64,000 nt of DNA from the human T2T-CHM13v2.0 reference genome, Homo sapiens (GCF_009914755.1 NC_060934.1), one strand, 5' to 3'. Shown: positions 14,585 to 34,035, counted from the stretch's first letter. A program made the numbers and translations. Notes: generated from the sequence alone by a model not told the origin.

Positions 14585-15170
14585 TAGTTTGGCAGTTTCT
14601 TAAAAAGTTAAACAAATTTACCATGTGACCCAGTAATTCTACTACCACATATATCTACCCAAGACAAACAAAAACATACATTCGCACAAGGACTTGTGTG
14701 GGAATGTTCACGGCAGCATTTATTCATAATAACTAAAACGTGGAAACAACCCAAGTGCCCATCAGCTGATGAATAGATAAGATGTGGCATATCCGTACAA
14801 AGATATTATTCACCAGTTAAAAGGCATGAAGTACTGACACATGCTATAACATGGATGAGCGCTGGAGACATTATGTTCAGTGAAAGAAGCCAGACACAAA
14901 AGACCACATATTGTATAATTCCATGTATGTGAAATGTCCAGAAAAGGCAACTCTGTAAAGACAGAAATCAAGGTTGCCAAAAACTGGGACTGGGAACAGG
15001 GAGTAACTGCAAACAGGCAGGAAGGATCTTTCTGAGGTGATGGAAAAGTTCTAAAACTGGATCGTAGTGATGATTGCAAAGCCTTGTAAATTTACTCATA
15101 ATCATTGAATTGAATATTTAAAGAGTGAATTTCATGGTGTGTAAATTATACCTTGATAAGGCTTTAAAAT
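14585..15170 (+). mobile_element. L1MB (L1MB7/8-like) 3' end
   Basis: ggaaacaacccaagtgcccatca...agtgaaagaagccagacacaaaagaccacatattg...gtgatggaaaagttctaaaactgg. Confidence 0.9.
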
Positions 15171-15300
15171 ATTTTTTAAAAATCACATTGTTCCCTATCT
15201 TCTCTTCTATCAACTAGAGACAGTACTCTTTACTTCCTCCTTTCTAAGGTTAATGTGCCCAGCCTTCCTGACCCCTCTGTTATCTCTGTTCACTTTTCAA

Positions 15301-15578
15301 CGGAGTCTTGCTCTGTCACCCAGTCTGGAGTGCAGTGGCGCGATCTTAGCTCACTGCAACCTCTGCCTCCTGGGTTCAAGCAATTCTCCTGTCTCAAGCT
15401 CCTGAGTAGCTAGGACAACAGGCGCACGCCACCACGCCCCGCTAATTTTTATATTTTTAGTAGAGACCGGGTTTCACCATATTGTTCAGGCTGATCTCGA
15501 ACTCCTGACCTCAGATGATCCACCCGTGTCGGCCTCCCAAAGTGCTGCAATTACAGGCATGAGCCACCACGCCCGGCC
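15301..15578 (-). mobile_element. AluS lacking its poly(A) tail
   Basis: Antisense Alu begins directly at cggagtcttgctctg with no poly(T); partial TSD cttttcaa (15293-15300, 15580-15587). Confidence 0.93.
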
Positions 15579-15604
15579 CCTTTTCAATTTCTTTAAGTTG
15601 TATA

Positions 15605-16472
15605 CAGTCGGTCCTCAACATGGTTGATAAGTTCTTAGAAACTGTAACTGTGAGTGAAACAACATATAACAAACCAATTTTACCATAGGCTAATTGATAT
15701 AAACAAGAGTTAAGTTCCTATGGCATATTTCTGGTCACAAAAACATCACCAAACTTCTAAACAATGATCAAAACAATTCTAATAAACATTGAAATAAATG
15801 TCAGCTCTACATATAATCATTAACGTACATTAATTAAGAAAGATTGATAAAAACAAGATAATTATGTACCCAATTTTTGGTGAATCAGTGAGTGACAGCT
15901 GTCATAGTGGTGGTGGGTTAAATCAAGGAATAAATGTTTACAAAGTGAAAATGGTAAGGAACACGGTCTACCACCACACAGTTCAAAAACAACCCCTACT
16001 AAATGTGGCAGGCTCGTCGAGTGCTTTCCTACCATCCTACTGCATCATCTAAGGTCAGACATTTGTATTATTATCGTCTGCTTGATGAATTTTTATTTTA
16101 TAATCATTTGTATTTATACATTCATTCATTTCACAAGCTGCTTATTCCAGTTCAGGGTCGCAGGTATCGGAGACTCTCCCAGCAGCTCAAGGCGCAAGGC
16201 GGGAACCTACCCTGGACAAGATGCCATCTAACACAAGACTCACTCACACACACAGCCACACCCGCTCACACGGGACAATGGAGACCCACTAATCCACCTA
16301 ATTGCACAGCTTTGTGGGAAGAAACTGGAGTACCTCAAGGAAACGCAGGTGGACAAAGGGAGAAGGTGCAAACTTCACCTGGATGGTGGCCCCTGCCGGG
16401 AATCAATTGTTTTTTCTTTGTCAACGTTATAGCGAAACATCATCAAATGAAATGACATTCAAGGACCTGCTA
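15605..16472 (-). mobile_element. MER6 (TcMar-Tigger) DNA element, essentially full length
   Basis: TA-flanked TIR-like ends cagtcggtcctc / aaggacctgc; 868 bp; internal ttccagttcagggtcgc...ggcgcaaggcgggaac...ggagaaggtgcaaact matches the recalled MER6 consensus. Confidence 0.85.
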
Positions 16473-16809
16473 TATTTACTTTTACTTTGCAAAGAATGCT
16501 AACATTTTATTCTGTTTTATCTACAAATAAATTCTATGGACTTAAAAGCAATAAGCAGCATTTACACAAATGTGATTTTGCAAATATTTTTTCATGGAAG
16601 AACCAAGTCTTGTGCTGCGACTCTGTTTTCTTTCCGATGGTTCCAATGTCACTTTTCCTGGACTGCTCAAAAGAGGACGTTCAAATGGATTATCCATTTT
16701 TGCATTCTGTCAATCACTTAAAATCATGTCACATTTTATTTTTCTTCATATTTGAACAATGGCTTTCTTATGCAGTTGTACGCTTCTCTGCTCCTGGATT
16801 AAAAAAAAT

Positions 16810-17197
16810 AATAACCTTTCCATTTTAGAAGAGTTTTAGATTTACAGAAAAGCTGTGAAGATAGTACAGAGAGTTCCCATATGCCTCACACTCAGTTTCT
16901 ACTAATATTAACATTTGACATGAATATAGTACATTTGTCACCATTTATGAACTGATGTTGATAAATTATTAGCTAAACTCCCTACTTTATTGAGTTTTTT
17001 CTGTTTTAATGTAGCATCCTTTTTCTGATTCCATTTTGGAAGCCACATTACATTGAAGCTGTCATGACTCCTGAGCCTCCTCTTGGCCGTGACAGTTTCT
17101 CAGGCTTTCTTTGTTTTGATTACCAGGACAGTTTTGAGGTGAGCTGGTCAGGTTTGTTGCAGGGCACTTCTCTATTGGAATTTGCCTGATGCTTTTT
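16810..17197 (-). mobile_element. L1MC/L1MD 3' UTR
   Basis: agttttagatttacagaaaag...gatagtacagagagttcccata...gtgacagtttctcag. Confidence 0.85.
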
Positions 17198-17199
17198 AA

Positions 17200-17660
<461 letters not shown>

Positions 17661-17732
17661 ACCTTATTTGTTTTAGTCTAAAAGACCAGAGACTGGGTAG
17701 TAGAGATGCCTATTGCCACTGGACGAGGGTGA

Positions 17733-18116
17733 TGTTATGAGCTTAATTGTGTCCTCTAAAAATTTCTATGTTGAAGTCATAACCCTCAGTACATCGGAAT
17801 ATGACTATAATTGGAGAGCGGGTCTTAAAAGAGGGAATTAAGTTAAAATGAGTTAATATCAATGAGCCCTTATCCAATATGACTGGTGTCTTTAGAAGAG
17901 GAGGAAATTCAGATAGACACACAGAGTGAAGCCCGTATGAAGACATGGGGAGAGGACAGTCAGGTACAAGCCAAGGAGAGAGGCCTTAGAGGAAACCACC
18001 CCTGCTGACACGTGGATCTCAGACTTCCAGACTCCAGAACTGTGAGTAAATAAATTTATTCTGTTTAAGCCCCCTAGTCTATGGTGCTTTGTTATGACAG
18101 TCAGAGCAGATAAATA
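17733..18116 (+). mobile_element. MLT1B/C-like solo LTR
   Basis: tgttatgagcttaattgtgtcc...aagccaaggagagaggcc...cagacttccagactccagaactgtgag...tttaagcc. Confidence 0.9.
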
Positions 18117-18289
18117 GTTGGTCATTGTTTGTAGGTCTTTTCAGCAGACTGAGCTAGGAAATACATAAGCAAACAAACACACACACTTATATGAAGATAA
18201 ACGATCTCATGAACTCATGTTGCTATTTTGTTATTCCTGATGTTAAAGAGGATACAATACTTTAAATAATATACAAAGTAAGACAGAAG

Positions 18290-20619
<2,330 letters not shown>

Positions 20620-20620
20620 A

Positions 20621-20844
20621 CAGTTATCCCTTAGCATTCATGGGGAATCCTTTTCTAGACCCTGTGTGGATACCAAAATCTGTGGCTACTCAACCTCCTT
20701 ATATAAAATGGGGTAGTATTTGCATATAACCTGTGCTCATCCTTCCATATACTTTAAATAATTTCTAGATTACTTATAATACCTAATATAATGTAAATGC
20801 TATGTAAATAGCTATTGTACTGTATTTTTTCAAAATTTGTATTT
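20621..20844 (+). mobile_element. MER2/MER8-type Tigger element, left part
   Basis: ta|cagttatccct...ggataccaaaatc...gtagtatttgcatataacct...ctagattacttataatacctaat. Confidence 0.85.
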
Positions 20845-20849
20845 TTTTC

Positions 20850-25255
<4,406 letters not shown>

Positions 25256-25290
25256 AACCTAGAAAAAAATCCACCTAGAAAAAAATATAC

Positions 25291-25396
25291 CAAAATTTGT
25301 ATTTCTTATTGTTGTATTGATAGTTTTTATTTATTTTTAAAAAAATATTTTCTAGTCAAGGTTAGTGGAATCTGGGGATGAGAAGAGCCAAGTGTA
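25291..25396 (+). mobile_element. MER2/MER8-type Tigger element, right part
   Basis: atttcttattgttgtattg...aatattttctagtcaaggttagtggaatc...ccaagtg|ta completes the element split by the L1. Confidence 0.75.
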
Positions 25397-25399
25397 CTA

Positions 25400-26060
25400 T
25401 ATTTTAAAGAAAAATTCAGAAGGTGGATGGTTATAAGATAAATATACAAAAAATAACTTTTGTCCATTCTAGCAATAAACACCTTGAAATTAAATATGAA
25501 GAATAGTTAATTGACAATAATGGCAAAACCTGTAAACCACAAATAAATTTAATAAAAAACACTCTCGATCTAAATGAACTATAAAATCTTACTGAAAGAC
25601 ATAAAATGTCTGTTTTTAAAATTTGTTTTTAAAAATTGTATTGCAATTTTTCATTGTGTTTTTTGGGACTATTTCCTATCTGAACAAAAAGAAAATCACT
25701 ACTATGATTTTGGATGCAAATATTTTACATTATGAATATATCAATGCTATATAAATGATAAATTACTATATAAATATAATGGAAAAGTAAGCAGTTTTTT
25801 TTGAGTGGATAAAATAATCTAAAAGTTTCTATGGAGGACTAAATTCTAGAGAATAGCCACAAATATATGAGAGACCAAGCCTGCTGAGAGGAAACTGTCC
25901 TGGTCTCAGACCATACTGTTAAGGCACTGCAGTAAAACCAATAAGATGTTTGTATAAGACTAGGTAAACAGTTTAGTGGAACACAAGAGTCTGAAATTAG
26001 ATCCAGGAGAGAGAATTTAATATGGCAAAAATTGATGGTTTGGTGGGAAAATAAACAAAA
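25400..26060 (+). mobile_element. Old L1M ORF2, right part (continuation of 18290-20619)
   Basis: aaattcagaaggtggatggttataagataaatatacaaaaa resumes the RT region; aaaatcttactgaaagacataaaa; ctaaaagtttctatggag. Confidence 0.7.
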
Positions 26061-26659
26061 ACTGCTCTTTTGATTTTGTTTTTGTTTTGTCTTACTTTTT
26101 CTGCTATTCACAACTTGACCATAGAGCGCATCTCCCGTGCTTACTTTGTCCTTCATTACTTATTGTCCAGTTCACACAGGGATGTGCTGGATCCGGCTTT
26201 TACCAGCTCACAGCAGCTAACTGTGTGCAGTCCTCCATTTATTAACCCTTTATATACAACAAATGGCCGACTTAACAACCAAAATCTTGGAAAACAGCTT
26301 GTTTCTAATCTGAGGATTGCGTATATTTCTTAGCTGTGTCTGACTTTCTTATTTCCAAATCCAAATAAAATTAATGACAGCAACAATAACAACAATAACA
26401 AACTAGAGATAGTTTGAGGAGGATGCAAAGAAGTAGATCTTACTTGTTACGCCCATGGGCTTTGCAATCAAACAAATCTAGATCTGATCTCCACTAACCC
26501 TCAAACAACTATGGGAATTAGAAAGGACTCAGCCCTCTCAGTAATGCCTAACCACAGCCTACCCCTGCCCACACATTTAACTCGCATGGCCTATCTCCTA
26601 GCAAAAAGGGTTTTCTCTTGTGAAACACATTAATATCACTGGGTGAGCTATTAACAAAA

Positions 26660-26745
26660 ACCTTTGCCCAGGCTCTACTCTGGACAAATTAAATCAGAAT
26701 TTCCAGGTGATTGTAGGATGCCTCCAGGGTTGAGAATCACTGCAC
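26660..26745 (+). mobile_element. MER5-type hAT-Charlie fragment
   Basis: gcccaggctctactc...aaatcagaatttccaggtgatt...cagggttgagaatcactg. Confidence 0.6.
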
Positions 26746-27468
26746 TGGTTGGTATATAAGCACAAAATGATTTCACTTTGATGGTCATGATGACCATGAA
26801 GTCATGCCCTTTTCTTGACAAATCTGGTGAGTTCTCAAGGAGTATTACTGAAAAATCAAAGCCCATCTGCCTGTCTTCTGATGGCTTCAGTCGTGACTAG
26901 AAGATCCTTGAGGAAATGGCTTTGAGTTGAGTTGTTTGTGTGTATACTGGATACTGAATAGCCTAGGCGAGTGGCCCCATGACAATGGGCTGGTGCTTGA
27001 TATCCTTATTCTAGCCATGCGGATCCTAGAATGAGCAGCTTCTGTAAGGTGAATGAATGCCAACCAGGTGCTTACAGGCAGTGTGCAGAGAATCTTCCTG
27101 TTGTTCTACCTAAGTCCTGTCTGGATGGAAGTGGTTGTAAGTCCTGAGAGGTCTTTGTAATTTAGCTACTGTTTCTCTAGAGCTCAGGCAACCAATATTC
27201 ATGTCCTACCCTCATGCAGGGCTTGGGTTTTGCAGTGAGGCTTTTGCTGCTCCAACTTTTCAGCATCTGACATTCAAGTCCATCCTGATCTTACCAATGA
27301 TACTTTGCCTTAATGGATTTTGACCATTTTACTCTCAGATTTTTTTTCTTTCTAGACCAGAGAGGCCCCAAACTAGCAGCCTGTCCTCCTCAGTAGCCCC
27401 AGCATCCCTTCATCATTTTGTTGCCCTTCTATGGGCCTAGTTTAGGTCTGAGAGGCATAGTTTTAAAA

Positions 27469-27609
27469 TTTTTATTGTTATTTATTTATTCTAGAGATAA
27501 GGTCTTGCTATGCTTCCCAGGCTGGTCTTGAACTCCTGGCCTCAAGCAATCCTCCTGCAGCAGCCTCCCAAAGTGCTGGGATTACAGGCATGAGCCACCA
27601 CGTCTGGTC
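27469..27609 (-). mobile_element. FLAM_C / free left Alu monomer
   Basis: Single monomer; TSD aggcatagtttta (27453-65, 27614-26). Confidence 0.88.
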
Positions 27610-27673
27610 AGACAGGCATAGTTTTACAAATATGTGGGTGGATAAATGCTGTCCAGTCTTACTTCATCACTTC

Positions 27674-28243
27674 TATCAATTGAATGCTTTTGGTTGGAAA
27701 TAACAGAAAATCCAACTAAAAGTGACTTAAACAAAGGAAATGTTATTATCTCATGTACCAGGAATTCTGGAGGTAGACTGGTTCAAGGGTGGATTAATTA
27801 AGCAGCTCAGATATTATCAAAGACCCAGGTGCTTTCTATTTTTCCACTGTGTCATAGCCTCATGTTGCCTATTGTTCGCAGGCTTGTCACCTGATGGTAC
27901 AGATAGGTGTCCCAGCTCCCTGCTTCTTGGGCAGACACAGCAGCGTGAGCAGGAGAGGAAGAGCCCTTTTCTCCTGTGTGTTTCTTTTTATCTGCAAGGA
28001 AAATCTTGCTCAGGAGCTTTCCAGAAGTTTCCCCTAATATCTCAGAGGCAGAATTTCATCACATGCCTACCCCCGACTGATCCAATAGCAAGGAGAATGG
28101 ATGAATAGTTTAGACTAATTAATAGTTAACCTTCTGAACTGTCTGCCTGAAGTACATTGCCATCTTATTTTCAAGAAAATTGGGGTTTGTTAGCAAAGTG
28201 AGTGGGAAGTCATAGTTGTAGTGCAAGCAGCGAACCGTGTCTG
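27674..28243 (-). mobile_element. MLT1J/K-like LTR
   Basis: gaatgcttttggttggaaataacagaaaatccaactaaaagtgacttaaacaaagg...caaagacccagg. Confidence 0.75.
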
Positions 28244-28295
28244 CAATTCTAAACGTCTCCATCACAGCAGTGCACTTAAGAAACATGCCCATACT

Positions 28296-28540
28296 GAATT
28301 GAATAATGAGAACACATGGACACAGGAAGGGGAACATCACACACCGGGGCCTGTTGTGGGGTGGGGGGAGGTGGGAGGGATAGCATTAGGAGATATACCT
28401 AATGTAAATGATGAGTTAATGGGTGCAGCACACCAACATGGCACATGTATACATATGTAACAAACCTGCACGTTGTGCACATGTACCCTAGAACTTAAAG
28501 TATAATAAAAAAATAAAAAGGAAACCATAAAAAAAAAAAA
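28296..28540 (+). mobile_element. 5'-truncated L1PA (L1PA4/5-like) 3' UTR
   Basis: gggatagcattaggagatatacctaatgtaaatgatgagttaatgggtgcagcacacc...ccctagaacttaaagtataat; 20-bp flanking direct repeat AAGAAACATGCCCATACTGA (28278-97, 28541-60) at a TT/AAGA site. Confidence 0.97.
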
Positions 28541-29064
28541 AAGAAACATGCCCATACTGATTCCCAGGGAATCAAGAATTAAGCTGTCTCAAGATCTTCG
28601 TGTTACACCAGAGATACTGTTGATTCCTTACATTTCCAAAGGTATCTTTATTCGCCCTCACATTTCACTGACAGTTTGGCTATGCATGGACTTCTCGGCT
28701 CCAAAACAATTTCTAAGAACTTTAAGACCTTTTCCCACCATCTTCCACGATTTACTGTGTCTGAGTTCAGTCTGACTCTCAAGGTTAACCAGGTAAAATG
28801 CTTTTTTCTCTCTGGAACAGTGTGGAATTTCCTCTTTATCTCTAGAGTTCTGAAATGTCACCAAAAATATCTAGGTGTGGACCTTCTTTCACTTGTCCCC
28901 TGGGCACTGCTTTCACTTTTATTTACTCTCTTTCCTCTGCTTCTGGAATGCTAACTAAATGAATATTTTACCTTTTGGGTCTATCATACTTATTTCTTTT
29001 TTTCTGATTTTCTGTTTGTCTCAGCCATAAATTGTGTAAGTTTTCCTTGGCTAGATCTTGTAGA

Positions 29065-29564
29065 CCAAGGGTCTGTAAACTACAGCCAATGGGGCACATC
29101 TGGCCCACTGCCTATTTTTGTATGACCCTTGAGTTAATAATGGATTTTAAATGGTTGACTCTCTCCTGCCATCCATGTTTCTCTGCTGGCCACATGAAGA
29201 AGTGCTTGCTTCCCCTTTGCCTTCTGCCACGATTGTAAGTTTCCTGAGGCCTCTCCAGCCATGCCTCCTGTACAGCCTGCAGAACTGTGAGTCAATTAAA
29301 CCTATTTTCTTTATAAACTTAAAAGAAAAGTTGAAAAAAATAAAAGAAATAATAATGCTTCATGGCAGGTGAAAATTACATGAAATTCAAATTTCATAAT
29401 TAATCTATAAAGTTTTGTTGAAACACAAGCCATGCCCATTTATTTACATATTGTCTATGTTCGCTCCAAAGGCAAAGTTGAGTAGCTGTCCAGAGACTGT
29501 ATGACCCACAATGCCTAAAGTATTAACTATCTGGTCCTTTACAGAAAAAGTTTGCTGATCCCTA
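29065..29564 (+). mobile_element. MER58B-like hAT-Charlie element, interrupted
   Basis: caagggtctgtaaactacagcc...gaaaattacatgaaattcaaatttc...ctatctggtcctttacagaaaaagtttgctgatccc. Confidence 0.85.
29159..29329 (+). mobile_element. MST/THE1D-like LTR 3' fragment ending just after the poly(A) signal
   Basis: ttgcttcccctttgccttctgccacgattgtaagtttcctgaggcctctccagccatg...gtcaATTAAAcctattttctttataaac then an A-rich tract; no TG/CA ends. Confidence 0.88.
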
Positions 29565-29643
29565 TTCCAGCCTATCAGTCTGAGGTTTAGCCATGCTCAT
29601 TGTATTATTCCGGTGGTCCACTGAATTTTTTTTGCATAATAAC

Positions 29644-29901
29644 TTTTTTTGAGACAGGGTCTCACTCTGATGCCCAGGCTGGAGTGCAGTGGCATGCTCA
29701 TGTTGCACTGTAGACTTGACCTTCTGGGCTCAAGTGATCCTCCCACCCCAGTCTCCCTAGTAGCTGTGACTACAGGTGTGAACCACTACGCCTGGCTAAT
29801 TTTTGTATTTTTTGTAGAGATGGGGTTTTCCAATGTTGCCCAGGCTGGGCCTCAGCCTCCCAAAGTGCTGGGATTACAGGTGTAAGCCACCACACCTAGC
29901 C
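29644..29901 (-). mobile_element. AluJ with internal deletion
   Basis: ctgggctcaagtgatcctccc; ~30 nt missing after ccaggctgg; TSD cataat. Confidence 0.92.
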
Positions 29902-29989
29902 CATAATATTTTTAATTTCTGAAAGTTTTTGTTTTTTGGCTATTATTTTATCAAATGGATCATTTTGTTATGAGTTTAATATATGTTTT

Positions 29990-32175
29990 TATTTAAAGTA
30001 AGCTTTCTGCACAAATACTAAAAAGGACATAAATTATAATTATAAAACTCAATAAATTTTCACAAAGTGAACATATCCATAGAGTGGTTTCTTTCACTCA
30101 ACATTATGTTTGTGAATTTCACCCATGTTGTTGTGTGTAGCAATCATTTGTTCATCTGCTGTCCATTGGTTGATCAGGCCAAAAGTATATGTATTTATTT
30201 AATAGTTCTACTACCAAAGTTGTTTTCAGGTTTTGGCTTTTAAAAGTAGCATGGCTATAAACATTCTTGTACATATTTTAAGGAACATATTGTACACATT
30301 TCCATTAAGTAGTAGATTGTTGAGCTATAGAATGTGCATATATTCAGACAGAGTAGATACTGTCAAATTCCCACCAACAATGTATGAGAGATTCGGTTGC
30401 TCCATATCTTCACTAGCACTTGGTAGTATCAGTCTTTTTAATTTGAGTCATTCTGGTGGCTATGTATTAGTATTTCATGGTGGTTTTAATTTGCATTCCC
30501 CTAATGCCCAAGGAGTTTAGAAATTTTCCACATATTTTTAGGCCAGTTAGATAGCTTATTTTGTGAAGTGCCTGCTCAAGTCTCTTGCCCAGTTTTCTAT
30601 TGGATTCTGTATCTTTCTCTTATGGGTATAGGAATTCTTTATATATTTTGGAAGTGAGTCCCTTGTCAATCCTCGTGGCTTGCCTTTTTTATACTCTTAA
30701 TGATGTTTTGTGATGACTAGAAGTTATTAATTTTTAGTGGTTTAACTTATCAACTTTTTCCCTTAATGGTTAGTGCTTTTTATGTTATGCATAAGACATC
30801 TCTGCCTACTTCAAAGCTATGAAGATATTATCCTTTGTTTGTGTTCTAAAAGCTTTATTGTTTGCCCTTTCACAAGTTGACCTTGAATTCACCTAGGATT
30901 GATTTTTGTTAATGGAGTGAGGTCGTGGTTATGATGCAGTTTTCCCACATGGATATTCAATTGACTCAGTTTTATTCTTTGAAAGGATCGTCTTTTTCCA
31001 TTGTACTGATGTGTCTCCTTGGTCACAAATTTAGTGACTGTATGTGTGTGGATCTGTTTCTGGATTTGGTGTTCTGTTCCATTGCTCTATCTGCCTATCA
31101 TTGCACCGATATCACATGCCTTGATTGCTGTAGCTTTGTAATGAATGTTGATATCTGGTAACGTAAGTCCTCCAGTCTTATTCTTCAAGATTGTCTTGGT
31201 GACTTTTGGCATTTATCATTTCCTTATAAATTTTAGAATCAACTTGTCAGTTTGCACACACATTTAAAAAGACTTCTGAATTTTGATTGGAATTGCATTG
31301 AACTTAAAACTCAATTTTGGAACAATTTATATCTTCATAATATTGACTCTTCAAATTCATAAATTTGCTATATACCATCATTTGTTTAGGTCTTCCTCAT
31401 TTCCTCTCTCCCTTCTTTTGTTCTTTCCTTTCTTCTTTCCTTTGTTCCTTTAAGTCTTTAATTTCCATGAAAGTTTTGCCAGTTTTTGTGTATATAGATT
31501 TTGCAACATCTTTTGTTAGCTTTATTCCTAGATAATTTGTTTATGGATGCTATCATAAATGATAGCATTTAAAAACTTAATTTCTATGTGTGTGTTGCTC
31601 GCACAATCAATTTCTGCATATTAAGCATATATCCAATGACCTTAAATTCACTTTGCTGAATATTCTTTCCAATTTTCTAATATTTGAACACGTGTTTGAC
31701 TAATGGTAGTTTTGTTTTTTCTTCCTTTATCCTTAAACTTTTATTTTTTGCCTTATTGTAGTGATTAAGACCTTCGGTACAATGTTGAATCAAAGTTATA
31801 GTAGGCAATCTTGTCTCATTCCCAATGTCCTGGAAGAATGTTTCCAATAAATTATGATGTTCACTAAATTGTATTTTTCTGCTTTTTGTTTGATGCTCTT
31901 GGTTTAAAGTTCTCTATTATTTCTATTATGAATGGGTAGTGAATTTTATTAAATGCTTTTTCTGCATCTATTGAGATGATTATATAATTTAATAATGTAG
32001 TGCATTATTTTGATTGAATTTAAAATGTTAAACCAACTTTGCATTCTTAGAATAAAGCCTACTTAATAATGATGTCTTATCCTTGTTATCTATCATTGAA
32101 TTTTATTTGCTTATATTTGTTTAGGCCTTTTGTGCCTATGTTCATGAAGGAGATTAAACTGTAATTTTCCTTTCT
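29990..32175 (-). mobile_element. Old L1M (L1ME/MC-like) ORF2-3' UTR
   Basis: cactcaacattatgtttgtga...cccaccaacaatgtatgaga...ttgattggaattgcattgaa...ttttctgcatctattgagatgat. Confidence 0.9.
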
Positions 32176-32349
32176 TACTAACTGCAGATTCTAACGTAGC
32201 CTATTTTATGCCAATATTTCTTACAGAGAGAAAACTGCTAGTTTATAAACCCCAAGTATTAGAATCTGGATATGCTTTTTGGGGAAAGCCCCCTACACAA
32301 CTTTGGCAAACCAGCTGGCATGTGTGTTTGAGCCTACCCATGTCTTTTG

Positions 32350-33005
32350 CATTTCGGTAAATGGTATCACCATCCATTGGTTGATCAGGCCAAAAACTTA
32401 GTGTTCACCATAAATTCCTCTCTTTCCCTCACACCTTGCATCCAATGTATTAGCAATTCCTTTTGGCAGTAGCTGCACACATATTCACAACTCAAACCAT
32501 TTCTTGCATCTTCACTGCTTTTCCTTTGCCCCACTATGGTCTTCATCTGCCTGGATTACTGTCATTGTCTCCTAAACCATCTCCCTACTTCTACTCTTGT
32601 CTTCTTCCCCTGTAATTCATCCTATACTCAGAAACTGGAGAGATCTTTTAAAACTCTATATCTAACAATGTCACTTCTCTGCTTTTATCCATCCACTGGC
32701 TTCCTATTTCAACTTGCAGGGTTGCAAATATGATCTGGCCCTTGTCTACCTTATGAATGTCATTTCCTACGCCTTTTCCTATTATTACTAGGATTCAACC
32801 ACTTAAGTACTCTGTCAGATTATCAGGTATTATTTTCTTTATAGAGTTATGCACATAAAACAATATTTACTTTTTCCTCGCTTATTTTTTCCCACATTCC
32901 CCATACTCTTTGAGAGTTGAACATTCACTGACAGCCATACCCCAGCACTTAGGACAGTATATAATCATAGAAGATGCTGGATACGTGTTTGTTGACTACC
33001 TGCTT
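32350..33005 (+). mobile_element. L2 fragments
   Basis: taaatggtatcaccatcc...ctctctttccctcacac...cctggattactg...ctcctaa. Confidence 0.8.
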
Positions 33006-33274
33006 TGTTTAATCATCAATCCAGTCTCATCTGTAGCTGATCCTCTAGAGTTTCCTCTAATTATCTGGTCAGCTGCAGACTCTATTTCTTGTTTCCAGGA
33101 CTGGTTTTGTTTTTTGTTTCTTTGTTTTTCTTTAAAAATATCTCATTTTTTTGTCATTTCAATGGGACCTTGTAAGGGAGGAGAGACAGGAGCATGTGCT
33201 TAGCATGACATTGATTTAGATGGCATCAGTCCTCACAATTGTATGATTTTTCTTTAGCAATATTTTATGTATTA

Positions 33275-34035
33275 ATTAATTTCCCCAGTTATTGAGTGTC
33301 TGCTCTGAACCAGGCACAGGACTAGGCACTTGGGACAAATTGGTGAACAAAACAGACAATGATTCTTATCCTTGGAGCTTATAATCTAGCTGGGAAGACA
33401 CAACATAACCATGAGCGAAATTACATCATATGTCAGAAGGGGATAGGTCATATGGAAAAAAGGAAAATTAGAGCAGCTGAAGAGGTTTGGAGGTGGCGTG
33501 GAAGCAGGTTGTAGTGTTCAGTGGGGGCTGGGGTCAGGGAAAGTGAAATTTGAGCAAAGACTTGGAGCAGGAGAGAGAGCTAACCAAGCCGGTGTCTGGG
33601 GGAAGAGTGTCCAGGCAAAGGGAATACTAAAGTCTAAGGTGGGAGCATGGCTTGGGTGTTTGAGGAACAGCAAGAAGGCTGATGTGGCCGGCACAGAGGG
33701 AGTGAGGGAAAGAAACAGAAGAGAAAAGGTTAAAGAGGTAGAGGGGGATAGCTCACCTAGGGCTGTATTTGCCATTGTAGGGGCTTCAGCTGACAATGAG
33801 TGAGATGATAGCCATTAGAGAGTTTTGAGCAGAGGGCTGATATGATCTGACTTATTTTGTGAGAGTATTTCTCTGGGTTCTATGTTGGAAGTAGACTATG
33901 GGGGGCAAAGGTGGAAACAGGGAGATCTGTTTGGAGGCTGGGGCAGTGTTCCTAGCAATAGATGATGGTGACTTTAAACAGGGCGACGATGGTGGAGGTG
34001 GTCAGATGGCATTAGATTCTGGACATGTATATTTT
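33275..34035 (-). mobile_element. L2a 3' part
   Basis: ttattgagtgtctgctctgaaccaggcac...tttgaggaacagcaagaaggc...gagttttgagcagagg. Confidence 0.85.

Noticed and set aside
26170-26235. Possible hAT (MER63/Tip100-like) terminus cagggatgtgctggatccggc
   Set aside because: A single short end with no partner TIR found; too weak to call.
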